Source of the DNA: Octopus sinensis
Lineage: Eukaryota
DNA length: 64,000 bases
Direction of reading: 5' to 3'
Assembly: GCF_006345805.1 (NCBI RefSeq)
Contig: NC_043000.1
Location: forward strand, 84,382,001-84,446,000
Positions 1-13,496 of the stretch are shown here, one piece after another; the stretch's first letter is position 1; each line of letters starts with the position of its first letter. The notes under the pieces are model-generated. The model worked only from the letters and a program-made list of their open reading frames with translations. It had not been told where the DNA came from and made no database searches. The position numbers and the translations under genes are program-made.

Positions 1-1186
1 TCTGTATATTTAAAGGAGTTTAAACGTGCATAATAGATTTGCTTAAAAATATGAGGCAGATCCAATGTAATAGCTATAGTTATTTACTATGTTGTGAACA
101 GTGCATTAGTATCCAACGTTGAATCTTCTGGAATGGGCTTGAAGCGGGCAATCAGTCCCAGATCTGAAGTTGCAGCTATCAGTTCTACGACTGTTAGTTG
201 GAGAGAGAGAGATGAGGTAGTGCTACTAGTAGACAAACTAAAGGCTAGGGTTGTATTAGGTGAATCGTTCACGATATTGTTGTTATCATTGCCGTCATTT
301 CTATTATCAATATCAACGCCAACGTTACCATTATTATTATTACTATCGTCATTAAGTTATCGGCATCGCTATTATAATAATTATTATTATTACTAGTAGC
401 AGTAGCAGCAATAATAGTGGCCCGAATATAAATTTAGTAAAGTGAACGTGTATTTGCAAGCTGATTTAATTTCTGCCAACACTGACTTCAAGGTAAAACG
501 CTAAGAATTTTAATATGAACGTATTTTCCGAAACTTCTAGCATAGTTCAATTAAATTTGAAGCCACATAATCATATATTGGCAACTACGGTCGATAATTA
601 CGTGTGAGTTTCTGTCTTTTGGGGCCTCTTCACTGAAATATAAAGACTTATTAATGTCTTTTATCACTAATCTCACTATTATGGGGAAATTTCGGCTTTA
701 CCGAGATTTAATATTGCCTAAATATGTCGCGAGATTAACTTATATTCTTCACTGAGCTAATGTTTTCTACTCTCCAAATAGATATTATGAATTAATTAGG
801 TTTTCACTTATTAAATGTTACCCTAACTGCACATGATAAGGAAGAAATGAGAGCATTTGCAATGGTTCTATTTTAATCGATACTACTAGTATCTTCAATA
901 AGACCGGCTTGGTTGATATTTTTGTCAACCCGTGTCATGAAACGAAACGTGGGGGAAAAACGGTTGTCCGATAATGATCAGCCGGAGGGATGACAGGTGA
1001 TTGGTTTCACACCTGATATTGACTAAGGAAAGACATTGTGAATTTAATGAAAATAGAGTCCCCTACCGAGAGAGCTCATCCTAAATCAGTGCAAAGATCG
1101 ACTATAGCATAATCACTGCAATATAAGGGTAGTACGAGGTGAAATGATATTTTCCGAAGATATATATATATATATATATATATATA

Positions 1187-1228
<42 letters not shown>

Positions 1229-2696
1229 ACTTCCAACATTTTGTTTACCATAGAAGAGAAGATTATTTTAAAATAAATATTGGAAAACTTGCGTGTTCGT
1301 ATTTCTTATAAAATATTTCGATTAACGATAATTACGATATGTTTCTATGGAATTGCTCTAAGGAAACATACCTACCCTATTGAGTGTGCGTCTGTCACTA
1401 GCAACACGTTAAGTATGATTTCGGGTATGCATAAATTATGATATTGTGTCAATGAGTTCGTGGACAAAATATATTTACTTCCTTTACAATGACATTTTGT
1501 TATTTCATTGGGGCACCCAACAAATTCCAAGATGACAGTATCGTATCTTTGAGAAATGCCAATACAAAGAAGAAAATCCTATTCTGACAATAACATTGCT
1601 TTAACTTGAATAATATTGACAGTCTGTCTGGCTTCTAATTAAATGCTATCATCGAAAATGTTACAATTCTGTGATATTGTTGGACACTATCTACCACATA
1701 ACATTTTATTCTCTTCAGAATATATTTGAATATTTCATTGGATAATTTCATTATAAGCCTCTCTCTTTTTTTATTGTTATGAGACGGTTTTATTGTTTGT
1801 AAAAGTCTTCTGCCGTTACAAAAGTCAATATACGTAGCGCATCTTTGCGTATAAAACTAGTGTGTTCGGTGAAACTAACTTACTGACACAGGCTCCCATT
1901 GGCAATCGTACTAGAGTTTCCAGCAAGAAAAGACTCTTGTTTAGATACGGTGTGATCTGTTTGGTTGGTGGCGAGTATTATTTTATGGTTCAAGGTGTAA
2001 ACTTGATTACCAAACCTTTCTTACAGGCGTTCTTGTTATTTTGTCCCGAATCAACATTTATCGAGAAAATCTACTCTATATTAATTCAGTCTAATTATTC
2101 ATGGAGATGTAGAATAATCCTGCAGCACTTTGTGTTATGGACCCTGGTTCAGCTATCTACAAGAGCAATCAGTTTCATGTCATCACAACCAATGTTGCAA
2201 CTATAGGAGAATTGCTCTGTCTGAAAAGTGAACGTAGTTCTGCGTATTCTCCATTCACTATAAAGAATATCATGCACATAAACTTCATAGAACCCACAAG
2301 AAAAGTGGATTTGAAAAGTGCTAGTGGTCATGGCAATGTTATTGTACAAATCCAGATATACAGAACTAATATAAAAATATGGAAAAAAACTTAAGAGATT
2401 CAGCCCAAACTCATACACACAAATATACGCTCATACTCAAAATATACATAAATACAAAAGAAAATACATACATACATACATGCATACATACATACATACA
2501 TACATACATACACACAGACACAATTACATGTAAATCTGTCTGTAAGTGGAGCAGTAATATGTGTAAGATATTTCTAAAAATCAACACATACCACCTATCG
2601 CTGTTGTAATCAAGATTCCAGCAATGGGCCTTTGTTTCTCTGCTAGAAACCGGCTCCTTACTGCTTGGAAGAAATCTTATAAATAAAAAGGAAAAT

Positions 2697-2734
<38 letters not shown>

Positions 2735-2878
2735 ACACACACACCTACATACACACACACACACACACATACACACACGTGTGTGTGAATTATAACTATT
2801 TTGCATAGAGTTGCTGTATTGCTATTTTTCATACTCTCCTTCATTTCACGAAGTGGAATGCTTCAATATATTTTATTT

Positions 2879-2909
<31 letters not shown>

Positions 2910-3063
2910 GTTACGGCTAAAAGAAATTACTTAGTGCTCAATATGATACACTAAAATACGGATTCCATTTTAGGTATAGTAATCTTTATAGTATTCACGA
3001 AAAAGTTTCCTTCTTTACACTTCTTACTCATACCCGTATGTGTTGTTGTTGTTGTTGTTGTTA

Positions 3064-3285
3064 ATGCGGTGCGCAGGCAAATTCATTATGATGCCGGCCA
3101 AAATGCTTAGCGGCATTTCGTCCGTCTTTACATTTTGAATTCAAACTCTGCCGATATCAACTTTGTCTTTCATTCTCTCGGGATCGATAAAATAAGTAAC
3201 AGTCAAGCACTGGAGTCGATGTGACTAGCCCACTCCCCTAAAATTTCAGGCTTTGTGCTTATAGTGGAAAGGATTATTATTGGTA
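3064..3285 (+). mobile_element. SINE family B, degenerate
   Basis: aaatgcttagcggcatttcgtccgtc...ttcaaactctgccgatatcaactttg...tcgataaaataagta; (att) tail. Confidence 0.7.
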
Positions 3286-3493
3286 TTTATTATCATGTTA
3301 CTTTGTTTCCCCAGTTTTAGTTTAGATTTCAGTTGCTTTATAGCTTTTGTTGTTTGCTCTTTTTCTTCACAGTTGTCAAGTACTATAAACTCTTTCTTAT
3401 ACTCTTCGGCTTCTTTAGATACAGAAAACATTATTTTGTTTTGTTCAAGTTTTATGGCTATTTGGTACCAGTTTTCCTTTATTATTATTATTG

Positions 3494-3564
<71 letters not shown>

Positions 3565-3795
3565 TTATGTTTGACTTTTGCTTTTCATTTGTACAATTTG
3601 GCTCCAATTCTCACCCAGAGGCCTCAAGAGACAAGTTAGAAGTTCATGTTGGTGTTATACCTAGGGTGTCATATATTTGGTTTTGTACATAGTATTGTTC
3701 TAGAAATTGTTTAAGAAAACATATAAAAATTTCGAGTTTGTTATAAAATTTGAGATTGGTAGGTCTTGACAGATATGTTTATATCGATTGGGACA

Positions 3796-3828
3796 GTTAT
3801 TATTATTATTATTATTATTATTATATTA

Positions 3829-3861
<33 letters not shown>

Positions 3862-3890
3862 CATTATTATTATTATTATCATCGTCGTCG

Positions 3891-3927
<37 letters not shown>

Positions 3928-3953
3928 TATTATTATTATCATTATTATTATTA

Positions 3954-3989
<36 letters not shown>

Positions 3990-4078
3990 CATTATTATTA
4001 TTATTATCATCATCATCATCATCATCATTATTATTATCATTATTATCATTATTATTATTATTATTATTTTCATCATTA

Positions 4079-4141
<63 letters not shown>

Positions 4142-4170
4142 CATTATTATTATTATTATCATCGTCGTCG

Positions 4171-4207
<37 letters not shown>

Positions 4208-4224
4208 TATTATTATCATTATTA

Positions 4225-4270
<46 letters not shown>

Positions 4271-4356
4271 CATTATTATTATTATTATCATCATCATCAT
4301 CATCATCATTATTATTATCATTATTATCATTATTATTATTATTATTATTATTTTCA

Positions 4357-4403
<47 letters not shown>

Positions 4404-4420
4404 TATTATTATTATTATTA
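3796..4420. repeat. Compound (ATT)n/(ATC)n/(GTC)n triplet array with a higher-order ~280-bp duplication
   Basis: Landmarks atcgtcgtcgtcatc (near 3881 and 4161) and ttttcatcatt (4067 and 4351) recur about 280 bp apart. Confidence 0.9.
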
Positions 4421-4764
4421 CAGCGTTTATATATATTTGTTGATGATTTGCATGCTAATATATCCCTTTAGTGGAACTCATCTCCAATATTTGATTCGGT
4501 AATTAATGTATAGTCAAGTTTTTAAAAGTTGTAGATAGGCTGTATTGAAATCAGAGGAGAGGACAATGATACTTTCATCTAACAAGATGGAAGTACACTA
4601 ACATTTACTGGGAAAATCAATTCAAACTGGTAAGGCTTAATTAATGAAGATTATCTCAACAACATCTGCTATTACGTAAAATTGTTCTGCTACATATCAG
4701 CTCCAATTAACAAGAAAAGAGCGTTAGAATTTATGATGAATGTTCACGTACAGTTGATTCCTAA

Positions 4765-4940
4765 TTCAGGTGTGATTTAAAGGAAAATTGGTTGTTATTT
4801 CTAGCAAATGAAACACTACATAAAAGCTTCTTTCAATCTTGTCTGATAAACGCATGGGCGTCACAACCTCACTATCCCAGTACTTCGCAATAGTGCTTTG
4901 CGCCCATTAAACGATGCATGTAACACGTGAAAATATTACT
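4765..4940. repeat. Degenerate dispersed repeat, second copy at about 6765-6980
   Basis: Shared aagctt(c)tttcaatcttg, tgataaa..catg.g.gtcac.ac.tca, and gcaatagtg.tt.cgccca.taaa.gat. Confidence 0.55.
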
Positions 4941-7199
4941 TTTATGAATATCATACCGAAAACAAAGTAACTGAAAATTAATATATTTGTGTGCATCTAT
5001 GTCTTTTTCAGTCCGTGTGTGTGTTTGTGTGTGTTTCTCTCCCACGCATGCATATATGGAAACACATATATTTACACACACATACACAAACTTCCCCACC
5101 CCTTCTCTCTCTCTCTCTCACACACACACACTCATATATATAGATATAAATACATACACACAGAAACTTTTACACATATATACGCACAAATATGTGTATG
5201 TGCGTACGCACGTAAGCATTAATGTAAGTATATATACATACATATATACGAGTGTGTGTGTTTGTGTGTGTGTGTGTGTATGTGTGTTTGTGTTTGTGTG
5301 CGTGCATGTATGCATGTATGGATGAATGGATGGCTGCCTGGATGGATGGATAAACGAAAATAAATGTTAAAAAGTTAATAAAAGCATGAGAAATGAGAAA
5401 GCTGAGCAAACTGTTTGATGTAGAAGAATTTATTGAAATATTGTATTCTACCGTTCATTTTAATTCAACAGAAAGACTTTTGTTTCTTAGCAGGTGGCCT
5501 GTATCAAAATGTAATTCAAAAATCAATCCATCGAACTTTAAGAAGAAAATGTGATTTTCAGTGTGTCACGTTCTATAGAAACTTTTGAAGAACATTCCGC
5601 TCAGGCTGATTTACAAATTAATATAACTGAAATAAAGCGATGACCTTTTCAGCAACAAAAAAACTCCAAGCGCAATGTTAATTTTGTTCTGTGCGGAAAT
5701 TCAAGAGATTTCTTTGTGAAACGTCAAATGTCAAGCAGGAAAAGGATTCGTTCCATCAGTGTCATTATTCCTGTTGTCGTTTGTGTGTTTTTGTTTGTTA
5801 AATACATTATTCTGTCTCATCTATTATTACAAATGATATAATTATCACTGCGGTCGTTGTTGTCATTTTATTCATTCATCCATTCACCCTCTGTCAGCCA
5901 GCCAACCAGCCATGTTCTTTCTCAGCAGTGATAGCTGTTGCTGAAATTCTCTTGAACTTTTCCACCTTCGCCGTTTTCTTGGCAGTTATAGTAGTTGGTA
6001 TATTCGTATATTCTCAAATGGAACACGGCTTATGACTACTTCACTGTGCCTTCAATGTTTCTAGACAACTTAATGCTTGGTCACTACGAACATCTGATTA
6101 CCTAAAGGTTGTTTGTTTTAATAAAGTTGCTGTTAAATAGTTCTTGTACTACAAATGTCTTAAATATGAGTGTATTAGATCGCGAAGTCCCGATATACAT
6201 GTTTCGCTCTTAGTAACAAGACACTCAACCACATAACATGTAGCTAATTCAAAAAAGACGGTAATAAGTTACTTTTTGGTTGAGATGAATGACTAATATT
6301 TATCACTGGCAGGTGATCAGATCAGCAGAAAAAAATCTGATATAGCATTTGTTTCTTCGCTTGTGTCTTCATTTGTTGTCTTAGTTACTGGTTATGTTTT
6401 CAAACGCATCATAATGGAATCCCCAAGAGATTAATTAGGGATAACAGTCTAAAAACGTCGTGTAATATAAACGGTCGTTGTATAGATATATTTGTAAAAG
6501 ATTTTATAGAAATATATGAAGAATAGCATTTTACGATCACAATTAATAATAAGCGTAAGAAATCCAGTATATGCTAAATCATCTCCTCCTCCTCCCCTCT
6601 CATCTGTCGTATAACCACAAAATTCGTCGTCCTCACATCACGAACTTCCATTCAAGATCTATAACCAGCGTTTATTGTATAGTAGAAATGTTATACTACG
6701 TAGGCAAGCCCCGCCTCCAATTGATAACCAAAGGCCGTTAGAAATCATTACGAATGTCCTCAAACATTTAATTCCTGATTCACGGGTAATCTGCGGGAGA
6801 ATAGGTTACTATTTCTATCATGTTAAACAACTACAAAGAAGCTTCCTTTCAATCTTGGTTACAATACTTGATAAAGTCATGAGTGTCACGACTTCAAACA
6901 TCCCTGTACCTCTCATAGCAATAGTGTTTCCGCCCAATAAATGATACCTATAATCAGAAACCATAAAAATATTAATATTTTGTGTTTATGAGGCTAACAC
7001 TCTCAATCACCCCAACATTTGTACATGTAAGTGACGTATCTAACTTATATCTAAACATCTCGACCATCACTTGTATAACATTCTCGTCACACGTCTATGA
7101 CATCATCCTCCTCTACAATTCCTTCTTTTGTTTTTTAAACCCAGCTTGTTTGTTATGTTTAGACTCTCCCTAATTTCTACAGAGATAGACTCCTATCCG

Positions 7200-7375
7200 T
7201 CAAGCTATCCACAACATTTCCGTTCTCTGTCCCCTAGCCATACCACCACAAACGATTTCATCCTCCTAATCTTCCACCCTATCACCAAACCTATTCAGCG
7301 CTCCGTCTTGGAAAATTCCGTTTCTTCCAGTCCGACCATGTTATCTTTCACATCTGTATGGAAGAACTGCATTTA
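7200..7375 (+). mobile_element. Possible degenerate PLE post-RT linker fragment
   Basis: FILLIFHPITKPIQRSVLEN, then after a frameshift FRFFQSDHVIFHI; resembles the PLE linker motif L(T)FHP...I.R.IL.NF..LQ.D. Weak. Confidence 0.35.
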
Positions 7376-9651
7376 AGAGAAGCCAGTTAGAGATTACCCT
7401 AACCCTTTAGGAGGAATCATTTTATTGCATCTCCGACGAATTACCAACGGTTTATTCAAACCCACCACGTCTTTAGTTCACTCTTGCCTTCATTTTGACG
7501 TTTGAAGTCTTTATTTTTATTGGATCTGAACGATAATTAATCTTTTACTTAGAGAGGACCTCTCTTAGAAGTGCCAAAATCTGATTTGCTTTCCTCTGCA
7601 TTTCTGGAAATCCTCGATGAGTTTCCACACACGCATTTACACCTCATTTTCGTCAACCACCCAACTTACATGCACACAGTATATATACACATATCTATAT
7701 GTATGTATATACACCGGAATTGCGCACAGAGTCCACCTACCAAATTCATTGCTACTCTCGAAAAGGTTGCAGTGTGAATGTGCAGAGGGTTGCTATATGT
7801 ATGCATACAGAGAGAAATAAAATGATAAAGTATGATAAAGTAATATAGATGGTTATTTGATAGAGATATAGACAGAGAAACGAACTAAAAGAAGGAATAA
7901 GGCAAAATAGTAAAAGAAAAGTATAAGAAATGATTAAAGGTGAATGCGGTAGAGCACAACTTGTAGCATTAACTTGATTTATATAGTTCTTTGTTGGCTA
8001 CCATCTTACAAAATGGCAAATAAAAGGCAAATGTTATAAGATCAAGATTGCACGGTCGATTTATAACAACGAACTCTTTTCATCTTCTTTTACGCACTGA
8101 CACACTCACACGCACATACACACACACTTATACATATACTCATATAATGAAGCACATGTACACACGCATATATTCATATATATAATACATGGTTCGGATG
8201 TTGGCTCATAATCGTAAGAGTATGGGTTCAGTTCCTAATCCTGGTAGCGAGTTGTTTCCTTGAGTAATAAAAACATCTATCTGGACAATACATAACTCCT
8301 CACTGTACAAATAATTTTGGTAGATTCGTGGGAAAAGTTACAGAGACCGAAGTAGAAATTACACGACATGGTTTACATGTAGGAATGCCTAGAATAAATG
8401 TCGTTAAAGTCAAAGTTTGATTTGCATGATGTAGACTTACGTGATGAAGAATTTAAGAACTTTTAGAGAAGCAACGTGCCTATGATGAGGCTAATGGACA
8501 AGATGGAACAGATAAAGCGGAGATGAAAGCGAAAGAATTTAGAATTTTCAATTAAAGACTTCGACATTTAAAACTTTTCAAATTGGAAGGTAGATGATAA
8601 TGGATGTATTTTCAAATGGAAAGAGAGTATTGCAAGCCATAAAACAAGTGCTAAATGCACTCAGACGTTTTTGGGTTATGCATGAAGAGAAGAGGAAAAA
8701 CCGAAACAAGCAATACATTTACAACATTAAAAGTAAACAATAGAAACAATTTTTTGGCATGTTCAGGTGCGAATAAGGAAAAAACGCCGCGTAAACCATA
8801 CAACTGCTTCTAATTCTATCTTGAGTTGTATTGATTTTCACGTGCTTTTTTCCTTTAAGTATTTCAGAACATTTAAGTTTTTTTTGTATATAAATGTACA
8901 AGTGTGGAGAAATATGTAAACAAATCATTTAACGGTGTCTCTTGAGGCGAATATATAGATATAAATAAGAGCTTGTAATATATTAGGTTATCGGACGAAG
9001 TGGGGTGAAAATAAATCCCCGTGGGATAGAAACCACTAATCTTATGTAGCTCTGGCTGACATGCTACAAATTTCACCAACGTAACTTCTTTGTATTTCCA
9101 TCAAATTATATATTTAATCTCACGAACGAAAAGGTAGGTTTGTTTACATTTAGGTAATGCCGGGTTTGGGGAAAGAGTACAATAGGAATAATGAGAGGGG
9201 TACTGTACGACTGAGGCGGGGTGGCTTGAAATGAGATGGTACGAGAGCAATCAGCTGAGATGTCTCTACTGCCCTACAAATCTACATCTGCCTTACACAA
9301 TAACATCTGCTCGATGTAGTGACATTTGCCTTACGCCAAGATACCTGCCTTACACAATGACATCATCCTTACGCAATTATATCACTAAGTTACGGCTATG
9401 TGTCGAAACAATTGTTTCGACACATCTAGCATCGACTCCTCTTGTGGGACACACAAAAACTGGTTCAGGAGTATCCGGTGGGGCAGACGTATATCGTCGG
9501 GTGATGAATAATTTTTTTTTAAACTCGTTAAAATGACTGTTCCATAATGTAACTTCCCGTTTTATAGAAAGAAAAACAGACGGAGGAAAATTCTTCATAT
9601 ATATAGAAGATTCAAAAATAAAATTGCAGAAGACAAAAAGAAAAGCGAACA

Positions 9652-9855
9652 CTTAAGCCAGCAACACCCCGGTCTCGCACCATTTCCGCTCTACGGTCAT
9701 TCATTACAACACCTGTCTGTGTTTCGATTGTCTTTGCGCAGGAGCCATTCGAACTCCCGCCTTCGCCGTGAACAAGAATTAATCTTCTCTCCTCGCTCCT
9801 TTGCGCTACATGGACTCAACTCCCCTCTTCTCTCCTCTCTTCATCTCATCACTAC
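9652..9855 (+). mobile_element. PLE GIY-YIG C-terminal fragment (second PLE family)
   Basis: Translates to GHSLQHLSVFRLSLRRSHSNSRLRREQELIFSPRSFALHGLNS; near-identical to the copy at 21715-21960. Confidence 0.75.
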
Positions 9856-10397
9856 TATGCTATACGTACTGGCGTGTGCTAATTTTGTCGATATATCAAT
9901 CAAATCGATGACCAAACGTATTGCAACACTGATCATTCTATGTTATTAAGGGTATATAGGTAAATCTACATTATTTTATGCGCCCTGTTCTTATGTAAGA
10001 CTGCATGATTGAATGACTGGTGTTTCTCACAGGCTGGCCAAACTTTCTACTTCTTGAGAAATCCACCATCAAGAAACCAAACTGAATATTCAACAGTATG
10101 GCAGAACGTTGAAATATATGAACAGATACACTCCACACTCATATTTAAACAAAGACTATGTATTTATGCACACATACACACATACACAAGTTTTAAAGCA
10201 TCTTTCTAAAGCAGTACATGAAACAGGAAAGTGATCTCAAGCACTAACGACAAAATATGAAAAAAAAACAAGGTTGGTGGAAAATAAGACAAAATTGGAT
10301 GAAGAAATAAGCAGATATAAACTCGTAATGTTTGTGGGTGATTTAAAAACTATTCTGTTATTGTAGAAATAATATCCCCCGCTATAATGATGATAAT

Positions 10398-10437
10398 AAA
10401 GAAGAAGAAGAAGAAGAAGAAGAAGAAGAAGAAGAAG

Positions 10438-10488
<51 letters not shown>

Positions 10489-10498
10489 AACAATAATA
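10398..10498. repeat. (AAG)n(AAC)n microsatellite
   Basis: Direct reading; source of the poly-K/poly-N ORF. Confidence 0.95.
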
Positions 10499-11052
10499 GT
10501 ATATCATTGATAAACCACATACAAATATTTGATGCGTTCTATGCTTCTAATTTACCTTATCTTTTTCTAGTGTAGCGTGTTTTCATTTCTTTTCTGTTTG
10601 CCAAAATCTGTTAATCCTACTGAGATGGATAGCTGTTAGTTTGTTCATGTTCTGTTATCTTCTTATATCAGAAGTCATTTTCTCTAGTTTTTGGTTTCTC
10701 TGTCGTTTATTATTTTGTAAATCTACCAATCTATTTTGATACTTACTTACCGACCTTCCTTCATTCCTTTCTAACTATCTGACTGTCTGCTTATGCTTAT
10801 CTATAAATTCTATATTTCTGTCAGTCTGTCTATTGAACTATCAGTTCTATCTGATTGCTATCTAAGTGTCTAACTATCATTTCTGTCAAGCTAGCTAGCC
10901 TTTTCTTTTTCTTCTTTTTAGTGTGTTGGTATGCATATATTTCTGCCAGTTTTCTTTAATTTCTCCATCTAATCACCTGCATAACTATCAAATCAATTAA
11001 CAAAGATATCATTTATAAGTTCGCAATATAAAGTACACATTGGCACACGTTT

Positions 11053-11177
11053 AGGCGCAAGCGTGGCTGTGTGTAAGAAGCTTGCTTCCCAGCCACATGG
11101 TTCCGGGTTCAATCTACTATATCTTCGAGACGATCAAAGCCTGGTGATCATGTAAACGGAAACTGAAAGAAACCCTA

Positions 11178-11229
<52 letters not shown>

Positions 11230-11235
11230 TGTATG

Positions 11236-11279
<44 letters not shown>

Positions 11280-11630
11280 TATATATATATATACATAATA
11301 TATATATACATATATATATATATATATTATATATATATATATATATACATACAAAAAATATATACTCACACATTTATAGATATATAGATATACATACATA
11401 TATTTGTGTGTGTGTTGGTGTCAGTACTTGTCTTCCCGCCACCGCTTGATAACCGGTGCTGGTGTGTTGACGTCTCCGTAACTTAGCGTTCGGCGGCAAA
11501 AGCAACCGGTAGAGAAAGTTCCAGCGCTTATAAAAAAAATAAGAATCTTCCAGGCGGTGTTTCAGCGTAGCCGCAGTCTCATGACTTAAATGATTAAAAG
11601 ATAAAAGATAATGATTAAAAGATAAAAGAT
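11053..11630 (+). mobile_element. tRNA-headed SINE, family A, with internal (AT)n
   Basis: Head ggcgcaagcgtggctgtg..aagaagcttgcttccc..ggttccgggttca; body gcttgataaccggtgctggtgtg; tail (taaaaga)n. Homologous copies occur across the window. Confidence 0.8.
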
Positions 11631-11871
11631 ATACGTAAAGGATGTTTCTGCATTAGCGTTAATAAAAACTTAACGGACAAGGGGCAAGGGAGTAAACTCT
11701 GAAATATATATTCATGCATACATACATACATACATACATACATACATACATACATACATACATACATACATACATAAATACATACATATAAGTACGTGGG
11801 CGCGCGCGCGTGTGTGTGCTTGTGTGTGTGCATTGCTACCTCTAAAATAATTGCCGCCGGCAAAAATTTTT

Positions 11872-11925
11872 TCTCACGAGACTTCCGGATCCCAGTTATG
11901 AACTCATTTGCATACAGCCAATCAG
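11872..11925. promoter_or_regulatory. Compact promoter-like motif cluster
   Basis: TCTCACGAGA (11872-81), ACTTCCGG (ETS-type, 11881-88), ATTTGCAT (octamer, 11906-13) and AGCCAATCAG (CCAAT box, 11916-25) within 54 bp. Confidence 0.4.
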
Positions 11926-11995
11926 AGGTCAACTATGGAACATATTAAAGAGTGCATAACAAGTGATGGGCGATAAAATAAGGTCACTTTATATT

Positions 11996-12041
<46 letters not shown>

Positions 12042-12044
12042 CAT

Positions 12045-12094
<50 letters not shown>

Positions 12095-12705
12095 AACATA
12101 CATATCACACATATATATATATATATAATAAGAACATAAATGGGTTAATGTTTCACTACAGCTGTTTCAAACGCATTCATTTATTGAAGAATACTTTAAT
12201 TACATCATAAAAATGAATATTATTTCTTTTTACTTGCATGTTTTGAAGATATACATTATACGTATTTGTTTGGTCCTATACTCCAGAGGTCTCTTTATCT
12301 GACATTTGACTACTTCTTTTAATACGAAATCTATCATACTGCGTATATCATTCCGATGTTACTGTGCCAGGTGTTATAAATACTGTTGCTAGCACATCAT
12401 TTTTATATATTGTATACATATAAGCTTTATTGTCGATATAGTTGACGAGTGTGTGTATGATTTTCGTGTTTCTTTTACTGTACGCGCGTATGTGTGTGTA
12501 TATATATGTGTGATATATGTGTGTGTGAATACACGTATACATGTTGATGCTTATATGTTTGCGTCAGTATATACATATATGTATGGTACAAGTTCATGGT
12601 ACAGGTATGGCACCAGTGTATTTAACTGTATATGTATATTTATATGTATGTGTGCATGTACATGTAAATGTATGGATATGTTCGCACATGCACATGTATT
12701 TGTAA

Positions 12706-12749
<44 letters not shown>

Positions 12750-12799
12750 TTACAAATACATGTGCATGTGCGAACATATCCATACATTTACATGTACAT

Positions 12800-13496
12800 G
12801 CACACATACAATAGGAACAGAAACTTTCTTGGAACGAATGTGAACAACCCCCTTACTAATAATGAGTGCACCGTACCTGTCAGAGATAATATAAATGTAA
12901 TAGATCATACTACTACTACCAATACTAGTACTAGTGATAGGAATATAGCCGATAATGTGAAATTAACTCATTCGTTGATTTTGGGTTTGGATGATGATAA
13001 CAATTGTAACACTTATAATGTGAATGGTAGTATAGGGGTGGAGACCAATCTTAGATTTCCTCATTCTGTTAATCTTTGTAATTTCAGAAACAAAAATAAA
13101 TGTGTATTTGGTAATCAATGCCTCAGGAAGGAGGTAGTTTACCAATGCACTGTAGATACACAATTGAGTAGTAGGGTGTATATCGGGGCAACTATGAATA
13201 GCATAAAACAAAGATTGAATTATCACAGATATACTTTTAGAAATAAAAATAGAATGTACTCTACAGGGCTAAGTGCATACATTTGGGAACTTAAAAGTAA
13301 GAACTTAGATTTTAGATTAAACTGGAAAATACTAACTTCAGCACCTGTGTATAATGGAAAAAATAAAAAATGCTCTCTATGTATTAATGAAATTTTTTTC
13401 ATTATTAAAGCGGGTCGGCAAATTATTAACAACATTAATGAAAAGAACTTCTTTTGCATTCATAGGCTACCGTTCACCTTTTCTAGATTCAAATAG
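12800..13496 (+). mobile_element. 5'-truncated Penelope-like retroelement: open frame for linker plus GIY-YIG endonuclease, no RT
   Basis: C-terminal ~230 aa of ORF 12453..13496: CNFRNKNKCVFGNQC Cys cluster, VVY...YIG, KQRLNYH, LSAYIWELK, NWKIL, CSLCINE, IINNINE...CIH. This is the typical PLE endonuclease layout. The ORF N-terminus is microsatellite translation. Confidence 0.9.

Noticed and set aside
94-396. 100-aa ORF at the window start, and ORFs at 1862-2418
   Set aside because: No recognisable domain; partly degenerate triplet repeat.
3333-4502. Long ORFs of poly-I, poly-Y, poly-L and poly-H
   Set aside because: Translations of (ATT)/(ATC) microsatellites. The same applies to the YI, CV, MYVC and IYLS repeat ORFs throughout the window.
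8300-8720. Possible Tigger C-terminal remnant
   Set aside because: Only vague acidic and basic composition; no diagnostic motif.
12150-12300. GAAACAGCTGTA on the minus strand (HHR 3' half)
   Set aside because: No CUGANGA core or matching stem I upstream; at best a decayed remnant.
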